From positions 59,272,001-59,336,000 of the forward strand of contig JAGIQG010000006.1 of assembly GCA_024679065.1 (NCBI GenBank): a stretch of DNA of 64,000 bases, written 5' to 3'. The DNA comes from Sphyrna mokarran (Eukaryota). A model generated the notes under the pieces. That model was not told the origin of the DNA. It saw only the letters and a program-made list of their open reading frames with translations, and did no database searches. Shown piece by piece: positions 1 to 14,100 of this stretch (position 1 is the stretch's first letter; the number at the start of each line of letters is the position of its first letter). The position numbers and the translations under genes are program-made.

Positions 1-1
1 A

Positions 2-58
2 CTTGATGCAGACCTGAAACCCCTGCAGACTCAATTTGCTGCAGTCACTGTCAGTTAG
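2..58 (+). CDS. Possible last codons of an unidentified neighbouring gene (LDADLKPLQTQFAAVTVS*)
   Basis: Open frame from the window edge to TAG, then AT-rich unique sequence with AATAAA at 666-671. Very short evidence. Confidence 0.25.
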   Translation, partial: LDADLKPLQTQFAAVTVS

Positions 59-1039
59 ATATGTCAAAGCCTCCAGGAATGCGGCAGTCCAGTTTTGTTA
101 ATTGCAAGCTCCCTGACATGTCCTCTATCATCTTGTACTATTTTAGTCAAATATTTGTAAAATTACATTACCAACCCATCATTCATTCTAATTTGATTTG
201 CTGACCAGACTGTTCACCTTGATAGCTAGTCAGTCTCAAAAAATTTTGTCTTACAATCGATCCGTTTCATGTTTTTACGATCTTCCTATTTTCAATCTTC
301 CCTATTGAGAAAACAATTAAATTATACTTATTTTCCTGGTGAACGAGGAGATGATTTGGTTATTTCTGGTTTCACATCAGCGCTATACACTGACTGGAGA
401 AAGCTGGCAAACTGAATGAAAAAAAATCTGTTTGGAAGTCTCACTGTAAAAGTGGGAAATAATCAATGATTAAAAAGCTTCTGCATTTTTAAGAGGCTAT
501 CTGAGGATATTCCTTTATGCTGATTTCAGATGGATGCAATCCAGTCTCAAAGAAATAGAAGACTGGGCTAAGTTTCATTTTAAATATTTAAATGCATAAA
601 TCGTTCACTTTGGGTGAGATTGCTTTAGTTTGGTTTGAAAATCCTAAAACTTTATGTGGCTTCAGAATAAAAACTATTATAACACAGACAAAGTCAATCA
701 GAACAGAGCTCCCTTCCTGATGCCTTTAGTATCTCCCCACCTCCTGGCAACCAAATCCTCCACTGCTGCCTGACCACTCGAATAACCTCCCATCCTCTTG
801 ATCCTTGCCTCCAATTGACCATCTGATTATCCTCCTAACTCTAATCCCATCTTGACTGCCACCTGACCACTCAACACCCTGATAGGCTCCCCCGGCGCTC
901 CCACCAGCCGACTTCATTCCTCGATCTCTGGTGCCAGAAGCGTCAACCCCAGATACTACCCTCCTGACCCTCATTTTCTCCACTCCCAACTATCCTCTGA
1001 CAACCAGCTTAATCACCTGTCAATAAAATATATCCATCC

Positions 1040-1370
1040 ACTCCACTGTTAGTGTGCAGTGACTGCTGTATGTGCTATCTACACAATGAGCTGCGGCAAC
1101 TCTTCAATATATACTTGAACACTTCCCAGCCCTGCAATTGAAGGCAAGAGCAGCAATATTTTGGAAACATTATCATCTTCCACTACTACATAATCTTGCT
1201 TTGAACACTATTCCATCAGCAGCACCAGATCCAAATCCTGGCATTCCCTACCTAATATTGTGGTGGAGTTACTATCATCACATTCAAAGAGAGGGTGAAC
1301 CAAAATCATCATAGAGCGATCAGGGAAAGATAATAGATCCAGTCTTGCTGATATTACCCACATTCTAAGA
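1040..1370 (+). mobile_element. Old LINE (L2/CR1-like) 3' fragment
   Basis: Similar in reverse orientation to 21370-21740. Confidence 0.4.
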
Positions 1371-1589
1371 ACAAAATAAAAAAAATCAGGTGACAAAGAA
1401 ATTGGTGTATGACTTGAGCTTATTCAGTATTTCTTCTGTGCCAGCTGTACACCTCCTGGCCAACACAGAGGACTGTGCACTCAGTGTATGGTGAGACAGT
1501 GGGCCAATGCAATTCTGTGGAAAAAGTATGATTCTTATGGGCAAATGTTCCTTGAAATTCTTCTTTCTGGAATTCAGCCCCTTAATACA

Positions 1590-2488
1590 TTCTTTATACC
1601 CCTCTGACTGTGCTGCCAAATTCCCTCCAACTCACTTTTCAAATTTGCTGATGACACCACAGTTTTAGGTTGGATCTCAAACAATGACGAGATGGAGTAC
1701 AGGAAAGAGATAGAGAATCTGATGAACTGGTATGACGACAATAATCTGTCCCTCAATATCAACAAAATAAAAGAGATAGTCATCGACTTCAGGAAGTGTA
1801 CTGGAGGGCATGCTCCTGTCTGCATCAATGGGGATGAAATAGAAATTGTTAAGAACTTAAAAGTTTTAAGTATCCAGACCACCAGCAATCTATGCTGGTG
1901 CTCCCATGTTGATGCAATAGTTAAGAAAGCCCACCAACGCCTCTACTTTCTCAGGAGACTAAGGAAATTTGGCATGACGCTACAACATTAACTTTTACAG
2001 ATGCACATAGAAAGCATTCTTTTTGGCTGTATCATAGCTTGGTATTGCTCCTGCTCTGCCCAAGACTGCAAAAAATTACAAAGGGTCAAGAATGAAACCC
2101 ATTCCATCACTCAAACTAGCATCTCACCTGTTGATGGTGTCTACACTTTCCACTACTCAGCACAGCAGTCAGCATAATTGAGAACCCCACACACCCTGGA
2201 CATACCTTCTTTCATCTTCTTCCATCAGGAAAAAGGTACAAAAGTCTGAAATCACGTACCAACTGACTCAAAAACAGTTTCCTCCTGCTGCCATCAGACT
2301 TTTAACTGGTCCTACCTTGCATTAAGTTGACCTTTCTCTTTATCCTAGTTATGACTGTAACATCACATTCTGCGCTCTCTTTTCCTTCCCTATGTACTGT
2401 ATGCTTTGTCTGTATAGCGAGCAAGGAACAATGTTTTCCATTCTATATTAATACATGTGACAATAATAAATCAAATCAAATCAAATTC
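1590..2488 (+). mobile_element. Rex1/Babar-clade LINE, 5'-truncated
   Basis: KFADDTTVLG.ISNNDEMEYRKEIENL..W..DNNLSLN..K.KE.VIDFRK; [16 protein letters not shown]; ends in a CAATAATAAA(TCAAA)n tail. Confidence 0.85.
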
Positions 2489-2493
2489 AAGTC

Positions 2494-2730
2494 AAATGCT
2501 GGAAAATCTCAGCAGGCCTGGCAGTATCTGTAAGGAGAGTAAAGAGCTGATGTTTCGAGTCAAGATGACCCATTGTCAAAGCTACAGCTTCCACCAACTT
2601 TTAGAACTTTAACAAACTGTCATCTGGACTTGAAATGTCAGCTGTTTTCTCTCCTTACAGATGCTGCCAGATTTGCTGAGATTTTCAGCATTATCTCTTT
2701 GGTTTCAGATTCCAGCATCTGCAGTAATTT
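2494..2730. mobile_element. Penelope-type inverted-repeat fragment (family 2)
   Basis: Arms of ~90 bp (GCTGGAAAATCTCAGCAGG... / ...TGCTGAGATTTTCAGC). Related pieces at 16830-16965, 50484-50580 and 52100-52310. Confidence 0.6.
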
Positions 2731-3842
2731 GCTCAAATTCAATAAGGCAATAATACAAAATAGGAATAGGCTATTCAGTCCTTCAATGTGCTCCACTATT
2801 TAATAAGATCATAGCTGACCACTCACTAACTCTACTGCCTTATTTCCAGAACACTTCATTCTTCTGGAATCAAATCTTAAAACAAATCTTAAATGTTACA
2901 TGGAAGGTGTTCACTGAATTAGTAACCTAAAGGGATTATTCCATTTCCTTGAATTTGAAAATTCTTTACTTGCCTTTTACAAATAATGGAACAATTATTC
3001 AATAATTTTCCCATTAAGTAATAAACTTCTTCTGTTGCAGTGGAGAAATGTAGGGAGGAGCACACAGTTTCCTTGAGACTGGAATTTTTTTTAAAGTTCA
3101 TGTTGTTAAAGGATGGTTTGGGCATCTACTTTAACATAGGATTGGTGGCGATTCCAGTAAATAGACAACTACACAAAGTGGCAGCTGTCAGACCTGCATA
3201 TTAGCCCATGCAGTATTCAGTGCTACAGCTAACAGATGGAATGTACAGTGGGAATTGCAATCACACATTTCCATTCATTTTTGTGAGCAGCTCGTTGAAT
3301 AGTGTTCTGGGAAAGACAGCCTGTATCAACCTGCAGCCAATGACTTTTGGGGACATGCCAGGAATTCTATACATAGCACAACTAAATCATCCTTGCTTTC
3401 ACCTTTATCGATCTACAGCTGGTAACTTCACATCTGTAGCTGCTACATTGCTGCAGTAGACGGTTGGAAGTAAGGCATATTTGGGCAAATTAAGGGGATA
3501 CCTTGTTTTTCGTTTATGTAACATATATGACCCAATAGTATCCAATACAGGCAACATGCTATAATGTCTTAAGCCCTTCTTTCTAGGTACAATATTTTGA
3601 TCAGATTTGTTCTGAATTCTACTTCTCTAATCAGCTAATCATCCCTGTCAGAATCTTGAAATATCCCTGGTTAAAGTCACAAGTACATTTGTGTCTGTGA
3701 TTGTGACCTGGATTCATTTCCTCTGCATTTCCTCATTGACATCTTTGCAGCTTTTAAGATGGTCAAACATGCATTAATTCCTTCCAATACATCTCTTTGT
3801 TGCACCCTGCTAATTGTTGCCTTTGCTTGATTTTACTCTTAA

Positions 3843-4637
3843 AAGAACAAAGAACAAAGAAAAAAGAACAACACAGCACCGGAAACAGGCCCTTCGGCCC
3901 AACGAGCCCACGCCACCGTCCTAATGTCTTAATGACACATAGGGACCAATTTGTTACCCAATCAGCCTAAGAGCACATTTTTGGGATGTGGGAGGAAACC
4001 GGAGCACCCGGAGAAAACCCACGCAACCATGGGGAGAACGCGCAAACTCCCGCAGACACAGGCCCAAATCCATGTGTCTGCACAGCAACAGCAATAGTCC
4101 CTGAGCTGTTATGGTGCCCATCAGATGTTCCAGTTTAAGCATACACTAACGACGTGAAGCACTAGGCCACTCCTGAAGCAACATCCAAAAGCAGCTCTCG
4201 CACAACCTGCCACATGCATGCCCTTGTTGGTCAACAAGGTGAACCGAACATCCTGTGGAAACAAATAGGATATTTAAACAGTCCTACTATATCCCTCTAT
4301 CTGCAGACCGCTCATGTGGCTGTCCAAGAGACCGTTAAACAACACTAGCGTGCCTGCTCCCACCACCTTACTCGGTAGTGCATTCCACACCCCCACTACC
4401 CTTTGTGTGAAAAACTACCCTCTAATATTTGTCTTATACATAGCCCCCCTCACCCTAAGACCCCTCGTTCTATCCTTTTCTAATGGTGGAAAAAGCTTAC
4501 CACCATTTACTCTATCTATACTCCTCATAATCTTATATACCTCTAATAGATCCTCTCTCAGCCGACGTCTTTCAAGGGAAAACAACTCCAGTGCGTTCAA
4601 TCTTTCCTCATAAGACAGCCTTTCCATACCAGGCAGC
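3843..4637 (-). mobile_element. CR1 3' end with SINE-like segment (3955-4120)
   Basis: LSYEERLNALELFSLERRRLREDLLEVYKIM; short-repeat tail at 3843-3870. Confidence 0.8.
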
Positions 4638-4649
4638 TTGAGATTGTAA

Positions 4650-5560
4650 CCAGAGTATCTTTTGTAATGCTTTCTCTCATACTATCACACATCCTTTTTT
4701 TTAATGCTATGTTCTTTGTTGAAAATTATGAAATATCTACTTAAATATCTGCCACCACTTCACTAACGTCCTTTCTCTTAACATATTTTCTTGGTTCCTG
4801 TTAGCAAACTATTTCTTCACACCCACCTGTGTAATTGTCTTTCTAAGTTTAAGACACTAGTTTTAGACTCACACTTCTCATCATCAAACTAATGGTAAAA
4901 TTCTATCATGCTATGATCACTGTTATGTAAAGGTTACTCTATTCTAAAGTCATTGGCTAATCCTGTTTCATTGCACATTGCAAGTATAAAATAGCCTGCT
5001 GCTACGATTACTATGCTTACAATGTTATCTTTCATAGAAGCCTCCAGTTATTCTTCCTATATGCACTATACTACAACTTAACTACAGTTAAGGAGCTTAT
5101 AAACCACTCTCACAAGTTATTTATTGCCTTTGTTATTTCTTTTCTCTTTTCAAACATGATTCTACATCTTGATTTTGAACTAAGGTCATCTCTCACTACA
5201 GTATTAATATTATCCTTAGTTAACAGAACTACACCATTATGTTTTCCTATCTTCTTGTTCTTTCACAATTCAATATTTAATTCCCAGCCTTGGTCACCTT
5301 GCAACCATGTCCCTGTAACTGGATCAGTTCGTACATATTTATATCTATCTGTGCTATCAATTCATCTATTTTGTTATGCATTTTGTTATGCATATGTACA
5401 TATACATATGTATAGAGGGCCTTTAATTCTGTCTTTTTACCATTCTTGCAAACTCTGGCATTATCTATTGATGTACTCTTAAATTTGTACTCTCTGTCCC
5501 AATCTGCCACACTCTGATTATCATTATCCATGTTGTTACCCTGTTCCTTCCCTTTCTCCA
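4650..5560 (-). mobile_element. Old CR1 ORF2 endonuclease fragment
   Basis: LKALY...NKIDELIAQI...TWLQGDQGWELNI. Confidence 0.65.
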
Positions 5561-5967
5561 CAACAATGGTTACAGGGCTCTGTTATATATGAACTGAGAA
5601 AAAACATGTACACATTCAAATACAAGCAATGATGTTGAATACTTTATTTACATCTGTCCAGCAGAGAGGGCAGTGGAGAGGGCAGCGGCAAGGGCAGTGG
5701 ACAGGTTTCTACAATATTCTTCACTCCCACCCCAACTTAAAAAACAACTTATACGTTATAAATGTAAAATGGGACCTGCACATAATTTTGCAGAATACAA
5801 TGTGACTAAACCAATATCAGCAATGACTGAAACAATACCTGAAATCATATTTGTATTCATTGTAATCACAACCAGAACATATACGAGCAATAATGGGGAG
5901 CTTAGGTGGATTAGTCACAGTGCAGAATTTGTTGCTTGACAAGAAGTAATTAAATAGAGATACACAA

Positions 5968-6830
5968 ACATAGAAACTAGAAGCAGAAGTAGGCCATTCA
6001 GCCTTTTGATCATGCTCTGCCATTCATTATAATCATGGTTGATCATCAAATTCAATATCCTGATTTTCCCCTTCCCTCCCATATCTCTTGATCTCTTCAG
6101 CCCCAAGAACGGATTTCTTCTTGAAATCACACAATGTTTCCCCTCAAGTTCTTTCTGTTGTAGTGAATTCCACACATTCACCACCACAAATTTCTCCCCC
6201 CTTAATATGACCCTTAGCTCTGGATTACCCCCTCCCCCATTGGCAACATGGACCATGATTCTCCCAAAAGTGCTGAATTGGTGGGAAAACTGCTCTAGAT
6301 CCCAAGTGTTCTGTCAGTTCAAATTCTCACTCGAATCTCTGCATCCTGTGCACTGCAGAGAATCTCATTAAAAACTGAGGGGGACAGGGTTTATTTGCAC
6401 CACAGTCTGACAGTTCTGGAACTCTGCGCATGCACAGTGGTCCCAGTCTGTCAGTCTCCCTGCTTGCCAGCCAGCTCAATCGTTGGCCAGCCCAGGACCC
6501 CTGCAGTGCTGCCCTCCAGCGCACCCCCCCCCCTCACTACCAGACCATGACCCCCACAACAACTCCTGGGCCAGCCCCCGCCCCCCCCCACCCCCGCCAC
6601 ACACCCCCTGGGCCAAAGCGCCCTGATGGCCAGTCCATCCCCCAGCAGTGGCAATACCCCCCAACTTGGTCTCTCCTCATATGACAGACCTGCCATCCCA
6701 GGAATCAGCCTAGTAAACCTTCGCTGTACTCCCTCTATAACAAGGACATCCTTCCTCAGATAAGGACAACAAAACTATACACAATACTCCAGGTGTGCCT
6801 CACTAATATCCTATACAATTGCATCATCCC
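5968..6830 (-). mobile_element. CR1 3' fragment interrupted by a GC-rich non-autonomous element (~6250-6668)
   Basis: CR1 3' UTR at 5968-6200; the RT end (MAGLSYEERPS) resumes at ~6670. Confidence 0.65.
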
Positions 6831-6867
6831 TATATATATGCAAACTGCATATCTTTGGATATTGAGG

Positions 6868-7058
6868 GAGAATTTAGCATGTCCAATCCACCTAACCTGC
6901 ACATCTTTAGACTGTGGGAAGAAACTGGAGCACCCAGAGGAAACTCATGCAGACATGGAAGAACATGCAAACTCCACACAGTCACACAAGGCTGGAATCA
7001 AATCTGGGACCTTGGATCTTTGAGGCAGCAACCTAACCATTGTGTCACTGTGCCACCC
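6868..7058 (-). mobile_element. HE1-type tRNA-derived SINE
   Basis: Reverse complement reads GGGTGGCACAGTGACACAATGGTTAG...GTGGAGTTTGCATGTTC...GGTGCTCCAGTTTC. Confidence 0.85.
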
Positions 7059-7307
7059 TAATTTTTTTGGATGATAGAATTTTGCTTCCTGCGATCCAAA
7101 TTGTTGATGGAGACACATTCCCACCAAGTCCGAATACTCTGCAGCCACTTCATGATTGAGTGGGCATTAACTGGCTGTAGTTAATTTCCAGCCCTCACTT
7201 GATTGAAAGTCCTGCCTTAGGGAGTTGCTGGCTAATCAGATTGGCCAGTGGCTCTCCGGTATCTATTGTGCAACAGCTGCAGTGCACTAAAGAGGAAATG
7301 CAAGAGG

Positions 7308-8560
7308 ATTTGATTGATTTGATTTGATTTATTATTGTCACATGTATTAATATAATGAAAAGTATTGTTTCTTATGTGCTATACAGACAAAGCATACCAT
7401 TCATAGAGAAGGAAAGGAGAGAGTGCAGAATGTAGTGTTACAGTCGTAGCTATGGTATAGAGAAAGATCAGTTTAATGCAAGGTAAGTCCATTCAAAAGT
7501 CTGACAGCAGCAGGAAAGAAGCTATTCTTGATTCAGTTGCTACGTAATCTTTTGTATCTTTTTTCTAAAGAAGGTGGAAGAAAGAATGTCCTGGGTGAAT
7601 GAGGTCTTGAGGCAGCGGGAAGTGTAGACAGAGTCAATGGATGGGAGGCTGGTTTGCATGATGGATTGGATGACATTCACATCCTTATATAGTTCAGACA
7701 GTCTTTGGCAATGGAGCAGCCATACTAAGCTGTGATACAATCAGAAAGAATATTTTCTATGGTGCATCTGTAAAAATTGCTGAGAGTCATAGCTGACATG
7801 CCAAATTTCCTTAGTCTTCTGAGAAAGTAGAGAAGTTGGTGGGTTTTCTTAACTATAGTGTCAGCATGGGGGAACCAGGACAGGTTATCGGTGTTCTGGA
7901 CACCTAAAAACTTGAAGCTCTCGACCCTTTCTACTTTGTCCCCATTGATGTAGACAGGGGCATGTTCTCCTTTATGCTTTCTGAAGTTAGTGGTATTCTG
8001 TTTCATTTTGTTAACATTGAGGGAGAGTTTATTGTTGTCACACCAGTTCACCAGATTGTTTATTTCACTCCTGTACTCTGTCTCGTCATTGTTTGAAGTC
8101 CGACCCACTATGGTGGTGTTGTCAGCAAACTTGAAAATCCAATTGAAGAGGAATTTGGCCACACAGTCATTGGTGTGTAAAGAGTATAGTAGGGTGATGA
8201 GGACATAACCTTGTGAGGCACCAATGATGAGGATGATCATGGAAGAGGATTTGTTGTCTATCCTTACTGATTGTGGTCTGTGAGTTAGGAAGCTCAGAAT
8301 CCAATTGTAGAGGGAGGTGCCGAGGCCCAGGCCACAGAGTTTGGAAATGAGTTTTGTGGGAATAATAGTGTTGAAGGCTAAGCTGTGGTCATTAAAGAGG
8401 AGTCTGACATGGGTGTCCTTGTTATTTAAGTATCCCAGGGTTGAGTGCAGGGCCAGGGAAATGGCATCTGCTGTGGATCTGTTGTGGCAGTAGGCAAACT
8501 GTAGTGGATCCAGGTACTCCGGGAGGCTGGAATTGACTCATGCCATGATTAACCTTTTGA
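7308..8560 (-). mobile_element. Rex1/Babar-clade LINE, 5'-truncated
   Basis: [20 protein letters not shown]...[10 protein letters not shown]; (TTTGA)n tail at 7308-7330. Confidence 0.85.
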
Positions 8561-10173
8561 AGGGTGCATGAGTCTAAGTCCAGCCTCTGGAAACAAAGGT
8601 AAGTTCAAGGATTCCAAGTGTGAGTAGAGTAGGGAGGCCTGATGGGAGATGAAGGGGGCTGTTGGAGTTTTGGTAGAGAGGCTTGGAGTGAGGTGGAGGA
8701 TCTGGAGGCCAATGGGGGTGGTGTGGGATGGAGGGGTGGTGGGGAAGAGGGACATAACTTCAGAAGAGGATTTTTGATGGAGGTAAAGCCCCTATCCTCC
8801 CTTCCTGCACAAGATCTAACTCGGTTGATTTTCAGGCCTTCCCAGTGCAGGTATATCCTTCCAAAAATTGAGGCTGGTTGAGGAACAGCCCTTATTGGTC
8901 ACTTAAAATTTTGAATTGGGACAAGAATGGGCTTCAGAGTCCTGCTCACCTCAGTATCACCACATGGTGAGGGCAGGCAGGAACTCAGAGGGAATTCTGT
9001 TACTTCAATTTCACACCCCACTTAAAGCCCACTGGCAGGGAACGGTAAAATCCAGGATCATATGTTAGTTTTAATGCACCCTGGAGTGCGTCAAAACAGT
9101 AACTACTATCTAAGGCAAAGTCTGTGCATTGAGGGATATAAAAATCATAGATTTGTATTTTAAAGCTACTCATAAAATACCATTCCCAAGATGTCACTGG
9201 AACCTAGCTTGGAAATGACAATTTTTCAAGATGGTTTTAACCACTGGTTTTAAAAAAAGCAAAAAAGGCCAGTAACAGGTATCTCCTTGTTGTATTCCAG
9301 ACTGTATAAATTTTTAATCACAGTGCAATTGAAGAGGAACTTTCACATCAGAATAAACTTCTTATGCCCTGTTAAGCTGTTCACATGTATTGTTAAGATG
9401 ACTGAAAAATATGTTTAGACGTCAAATACTAAATCCATAATTCATATAAAAGCCTCAGTTCTAAATACTGCCTAAAACTTCTGAAAATGGCACAATTTTA
9501 ATATCCATGTGTCCGTGTCATGGAGTATAGAAATCTCTTATTGATTTGGGTTTTTCCTCCAGTTAGGGACAATCATTCAATTGTTAAAGTATGATGACAG
9601 TGGATCAGCAAATAAATATAATGCGTAGGTGAGTCATACAGGTTAAGAAGTTCCAGATTTGTTTTCTGACCTGAAATAAATCTACTGATCTCAACAAGAG
9701 TGATCGTGGTCCTTCTATTATTGGCTGCAATGCTCTTGAGTTAGTAATGGAAACAAATCAAACAGAATTCATTTGTAAGTAAGTGTGTGCAAGCATTCTC
9801 CAGAGCTGTATCCTACTTATATTCATATCTGGGCTTGCTCAAGAAGATTGGCCACGTGGATAACAACTGGAAAATGCAACAATACCATGACAAGGAGTCA
9901 GCACCTTCTGAAGAATGGGTGACGCAACCTGCAATTAAAACATCGAAATATTCCTAGCTCAGTAGAATATCTAGATGGATATTAACACTGCAGCACATAG
10001 TAGAGGCATTGCTGCTTATGATTTACCACATAACTTATATCAGAAAATTGACAATTTATGACATTCATACGTGGAGAAATGTGGAGAATTGACCTATCAA
10101 TCTGCAATGTAAAAAATATAGATGTTCTGTACATTACTGGTATATAGATTTTATCTTGTAAATGTAGACATAA

Positions 10174-10789
10174 GGGGTCCAATTTTATCATTTTCATTCT
10201 AAGTGCTAAATCCAGGCATAATGCAGATCCGGGTTGGGAATCAGCTTTCAGGTGGCCCCATACTCACTCAGCCTAAAAAAAAATTGTGGGTCCCATTCGT
10301 ACTGTGGATAAGCGGCCCTGGAACGAAAAATAGGAGCGATGGTGCACACACACATCACTGTCTCCCTTATCCACTCTCTCCACCACCCAGACCGATCGTG
10401 ACCCCATGCCCCTTCCTTCCCACCAATCACTTGCAGAGTAGCATTGCATCCCCCTGCACTCTCCCAGCAGAGATCCATCTGCCCCCCACCAGTGATCCAT
10501 CTGTGCCCCCCTCAACAGATATCCATCTGCCCATTTTGGCGCAATTCTGGATCGGCTAACGTGGTGGTAAAGGAGAAAATGCTGGTAAAGTTGGGCAGGC
10601 AGTTCATTAATTCAATTTAAATAAATGCAAATACATTTAAATTGCAGTTGTGCCCATTTTGGGCGTGAAGCAGATCGCCACTATTCCTGAGTTTTGGTAA
10701 AGTGGCCATCTGCGCTGACATGGGCACAGATCGCGTTAATGGCCTCACACCCGACTTTACTATGTTATGCAATGGTAAAATTGGGTCCT
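10174..10789. mobile_element. MITE-like non-autonomous DNA transposon
   Basis: Terminal inverted repeats GGGTCCAATTTTATCATT / AATGGTAAAATTGGGTCC; related copy at 54360-54989. Confidence 0.65.
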
Positions 10790-10864
10790 ATGTGTACTTT
10801 TATTGAAACAAAGTTTGAAAAAATATAACTTCTGAATTTATTGTGGAAAATATGTAATAAACGA

Positions 10865-11155
10865 TGCACGGTTGCACAATGGTTAGCATTGACCAGGGAC
10901 CCAGGTTTGATTCCCTGCTTGAGTGACTGACTGTGTGAAGTTTGTATGTTCTGTGTGGGTTTCCTCTGAGTGCTCTAGTTTCCTACCACAGTCCTAAAAT
11001 GTGCAGGTCAGCTTGATTGGCCACGCTAAATTGCTTCTTAGGGGATTAGTACGGTAATATGTGGAGTTAAATGGATAAGGTCTGGGGCGGATTTTTGTCA
11101 GTGCAGCCTCAATGGGCTGAATGGCCTCCTTCTGCACTGCAGGTATTCTATGATT
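10865..11155 (+). mobile_element. HE1-type SINE
   Basis: A/B-box-like head, conserved core and CR1-like tail ending ATTCTATGATT. Confidence 0.8.
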
Positions 11156-14100
11156 TTAAAACTTTAGAAAGAAACTTCATTCATACAATGAAGACCAATC
11201 GCCCTGCACCTAGGTTGAACATGCAAAAATAATTGTTGCTTCAAATCAGCTGACAAAAATATTGGCTGTGTAAGCAGATTCCTTTTCATAATGCTTGGTT
11301 ACAATACATGTATCTGTGCACAAATCAGATTGACATTTGCTTTGGATGAGTTGCACTTTAATCATACAATTGCCCATGTAATAGCCAGAAAAGTACACCA
11401 GTCAGTTATACATGACAAATAAAATAATCAGACAAAGAGCACAAACTAGTCACTGGAACCGAAATCTGAGCACTTGTTGTAGCTCTATGTTTGGAAAACC
11501 AAGTGCATCTTAGTATTCAGTGCCAGATCTACTTCCTTCTACTATCACCATTAACTGAAACCAGAACTATCAACTCCATTATTTAACAGACAGCTAAGAG
11601 ATCAGGACAATTGGAATGAAATTTAGGAGGGAAACAGCCAGTACTTAATAGCTGTGAAATGGTACGTAATAGTGAGGTCCAATTTAGAAAAAAATCAACC
11701 CATCTCTCAGAACTGTATTTCTGGGAGGAGAGGGGGAGGAGAGGGCAAGGTGGGAAAGATTGTTAGTGTAATAGATATACTTAGTTACATCTTCAAACAA
11801 ACCAACTGAGGATGTGTTGCTTACTCATGCAGTCAGCCTCTTTCATGCTTGTCTGAATCCAGTTTTTAATTCCCTCTGCTGGCTGCCTACCTGATTACAT
11901 AACCTGTAGACTGTAAACTTGAAATGCCCAAAGCAAAGACCTGCCATTAAATTAGGAACCAGCTAGAAACACAAATAGGAAAGTGGCTTCTGGGTGAGCG
12001 AAAGGGGGTAGAATTACATGGGGGAAAGAAGGAAGTCATTTGAACAGGTTGGATTCTGCAATTCCAACTCAACTGTGCAAGTTAACTTTAACCTATGAAT
12101 TTTATGTCTCCAACTGGCACGATATACACCTGTATTATACAATTTCATCTCCAGTAGAAGGGACAATACACACATAGAAATTGAAAGATACAGGGCAGCA
12201 ACCAGATTTCTGGAATGACTTGCTCAGGTGCAGAGTCCATCTGGAGAAAGAGTGTGTAGCAATGGGAGAAAGAAACTTGTTCTCACCAAAGTGCCAGAGT
12301 TGGAAGTGACTAAAATGATCACCAGTAGGAGCAATGCATCAGGTCTTGCATGCAACGCAGAAAGTGAATTAGTGACTTAACCAGTTCGAGAAAAATGAAC
12401 ACATTTGCAGATTTGCCTCCATCCTGTGCTTTAAGCGCTCCTGTCCCTTTTTACTATTTTGCCAAGTATACTGTATCACATCATTGCTCACATCATGGTG
12501 GAAGGTGTGCCGGAGATGCAAGTTAGATGTCATGAAAGAGGAGGGTGGGATAAATACTATATCCATTGTTTGCCAGGCTCCACTGGAATTTTGCCAGTGG
12601 CAGTTGCTTGAGGCAATTGAGTCCCTTAAATGGTCAACTACTGGTCACTTAAGGACATCTTGCTGCTACTGTTGGTATTTTACCAGTGACAGTGAGTGCA
12701 GATGTCTCTTAGCAAGGCCCTTGGGAGCTGGGGGAAATGGGGAGGTGAAGGGGGTAGAAGGTGGGGGGGAGCTGTCTCCTATACAAGCAACCTATGCTCT
12801 CTTGACGCCTCTTCAATTTTTACCACCCCCACTTGTTCCTGATCATGGATTCCATGACTCTCTTCGCCAGGGCCTGCCAGACTAGCCCACCTCAGTCACC
12901 TCTGTGTCCATCTCTAGAGACAATCTTTGGGTTTACTGTTACAGTCCCAGCAGGCAGTGACTGCCATTGCTAGTGGAAATGGAGAGCTGCTGGTGGTCTG
13001 GTTAGCTGGTAACTTGCAGAGGCTGGCCTTCCTCCCAGACAGAGGTAAGTGTTCTTACCTGAAGACATTAACAGGTCAACACCTGTAAGATCAAGTTGTG
13101 GGCCTCTCAGTGATGCAGAGATGAACTCAGTCCTGACTTTTCAGCCAGGGGATGGGACTTTTACCTCTATGTAAAATTCTGGCCAGGGAACTTGCAGGCA
13201 GAATGATAGAAATCTCTGACACATACAGGCCAATGACTGAACTAGGGAAGACTGAATATGGAGATTATTCGGGTTATGGCTACAACTAAATCATATTAAT
13301 TCCTTTTATGTTTCTGGGTCTTCAGTGCAGGCAGCAAATGTCACAGGATGCTTCCTCAGAGGAGCTCAATCCTTCAGACAGTGTACTGTCACAGGAGCTG
13401 CAACCACACACCAGTGCAGCTACCTATACTGCAGTGGATCCAGCTTAACAGCTAGTTGGTTTTGATGTGATTCTCCTAAGTGAGCACAAACAGTCCCTGG
13501 TATTAGAGACAGTTATGTGTATCTGTGCGTTGCATTTTTCTGTAACCTCTGCTTAGCTGAACACGGCTGCTGAACTCCAGGGAGTACAAATGAGAAGGAG
13601 AATGATAGAAATGCAACAGCAATTTATTCAGATACTAACAGGCATGCCACACACATTCCCCGCAATTGCTAATGGATTGATGAGGTGGAGAATTGTAAGA
13701 ATCTGTATCCTAGAAAGATTGACTGCCACCATGGAACTTCAAGGAAGACACTCAAACAAATGCAGGGAGGCCCAACTTTGGCTCAGCAGACTTTGGATAG
13801 CATGGGATGATAGATAGTTTATTTGTAGTCTTGCAAGGCATTGCTGAATTCCACCAAGCTGTTTGCAATAGAGTGGTAGAAGAAATGTATTTCTAGTACA
13901 GGAGTGAGATGGTAGTGAAAGGAGATTAGGAAGTCGGTAATCCAGTCAAAGTACTCTCACTTCTCACTCCTTGCCAACTCTGCTTCCCCAATCACAGCCA
14001 TTAGCCAACATGCTGCCTCGACAGAAAGTGGCTGAGTTTGCCTATACTCAGCTATGACTGGAGCAGTCTTTAGCAAAGCCCTCAGGGGCTCCAAAATCCA

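Noticed and set aside
726-1010. Gly-rich 87-aa ORF
   Set aside because: Arises from a C-rich degenerate low-complexity tract.
5581-5745. Short TG...CA LTR with polypurine tract
   Set aside because: Suggestive ends and AATAAA, but no second copy, TSD or internal domain to support it.
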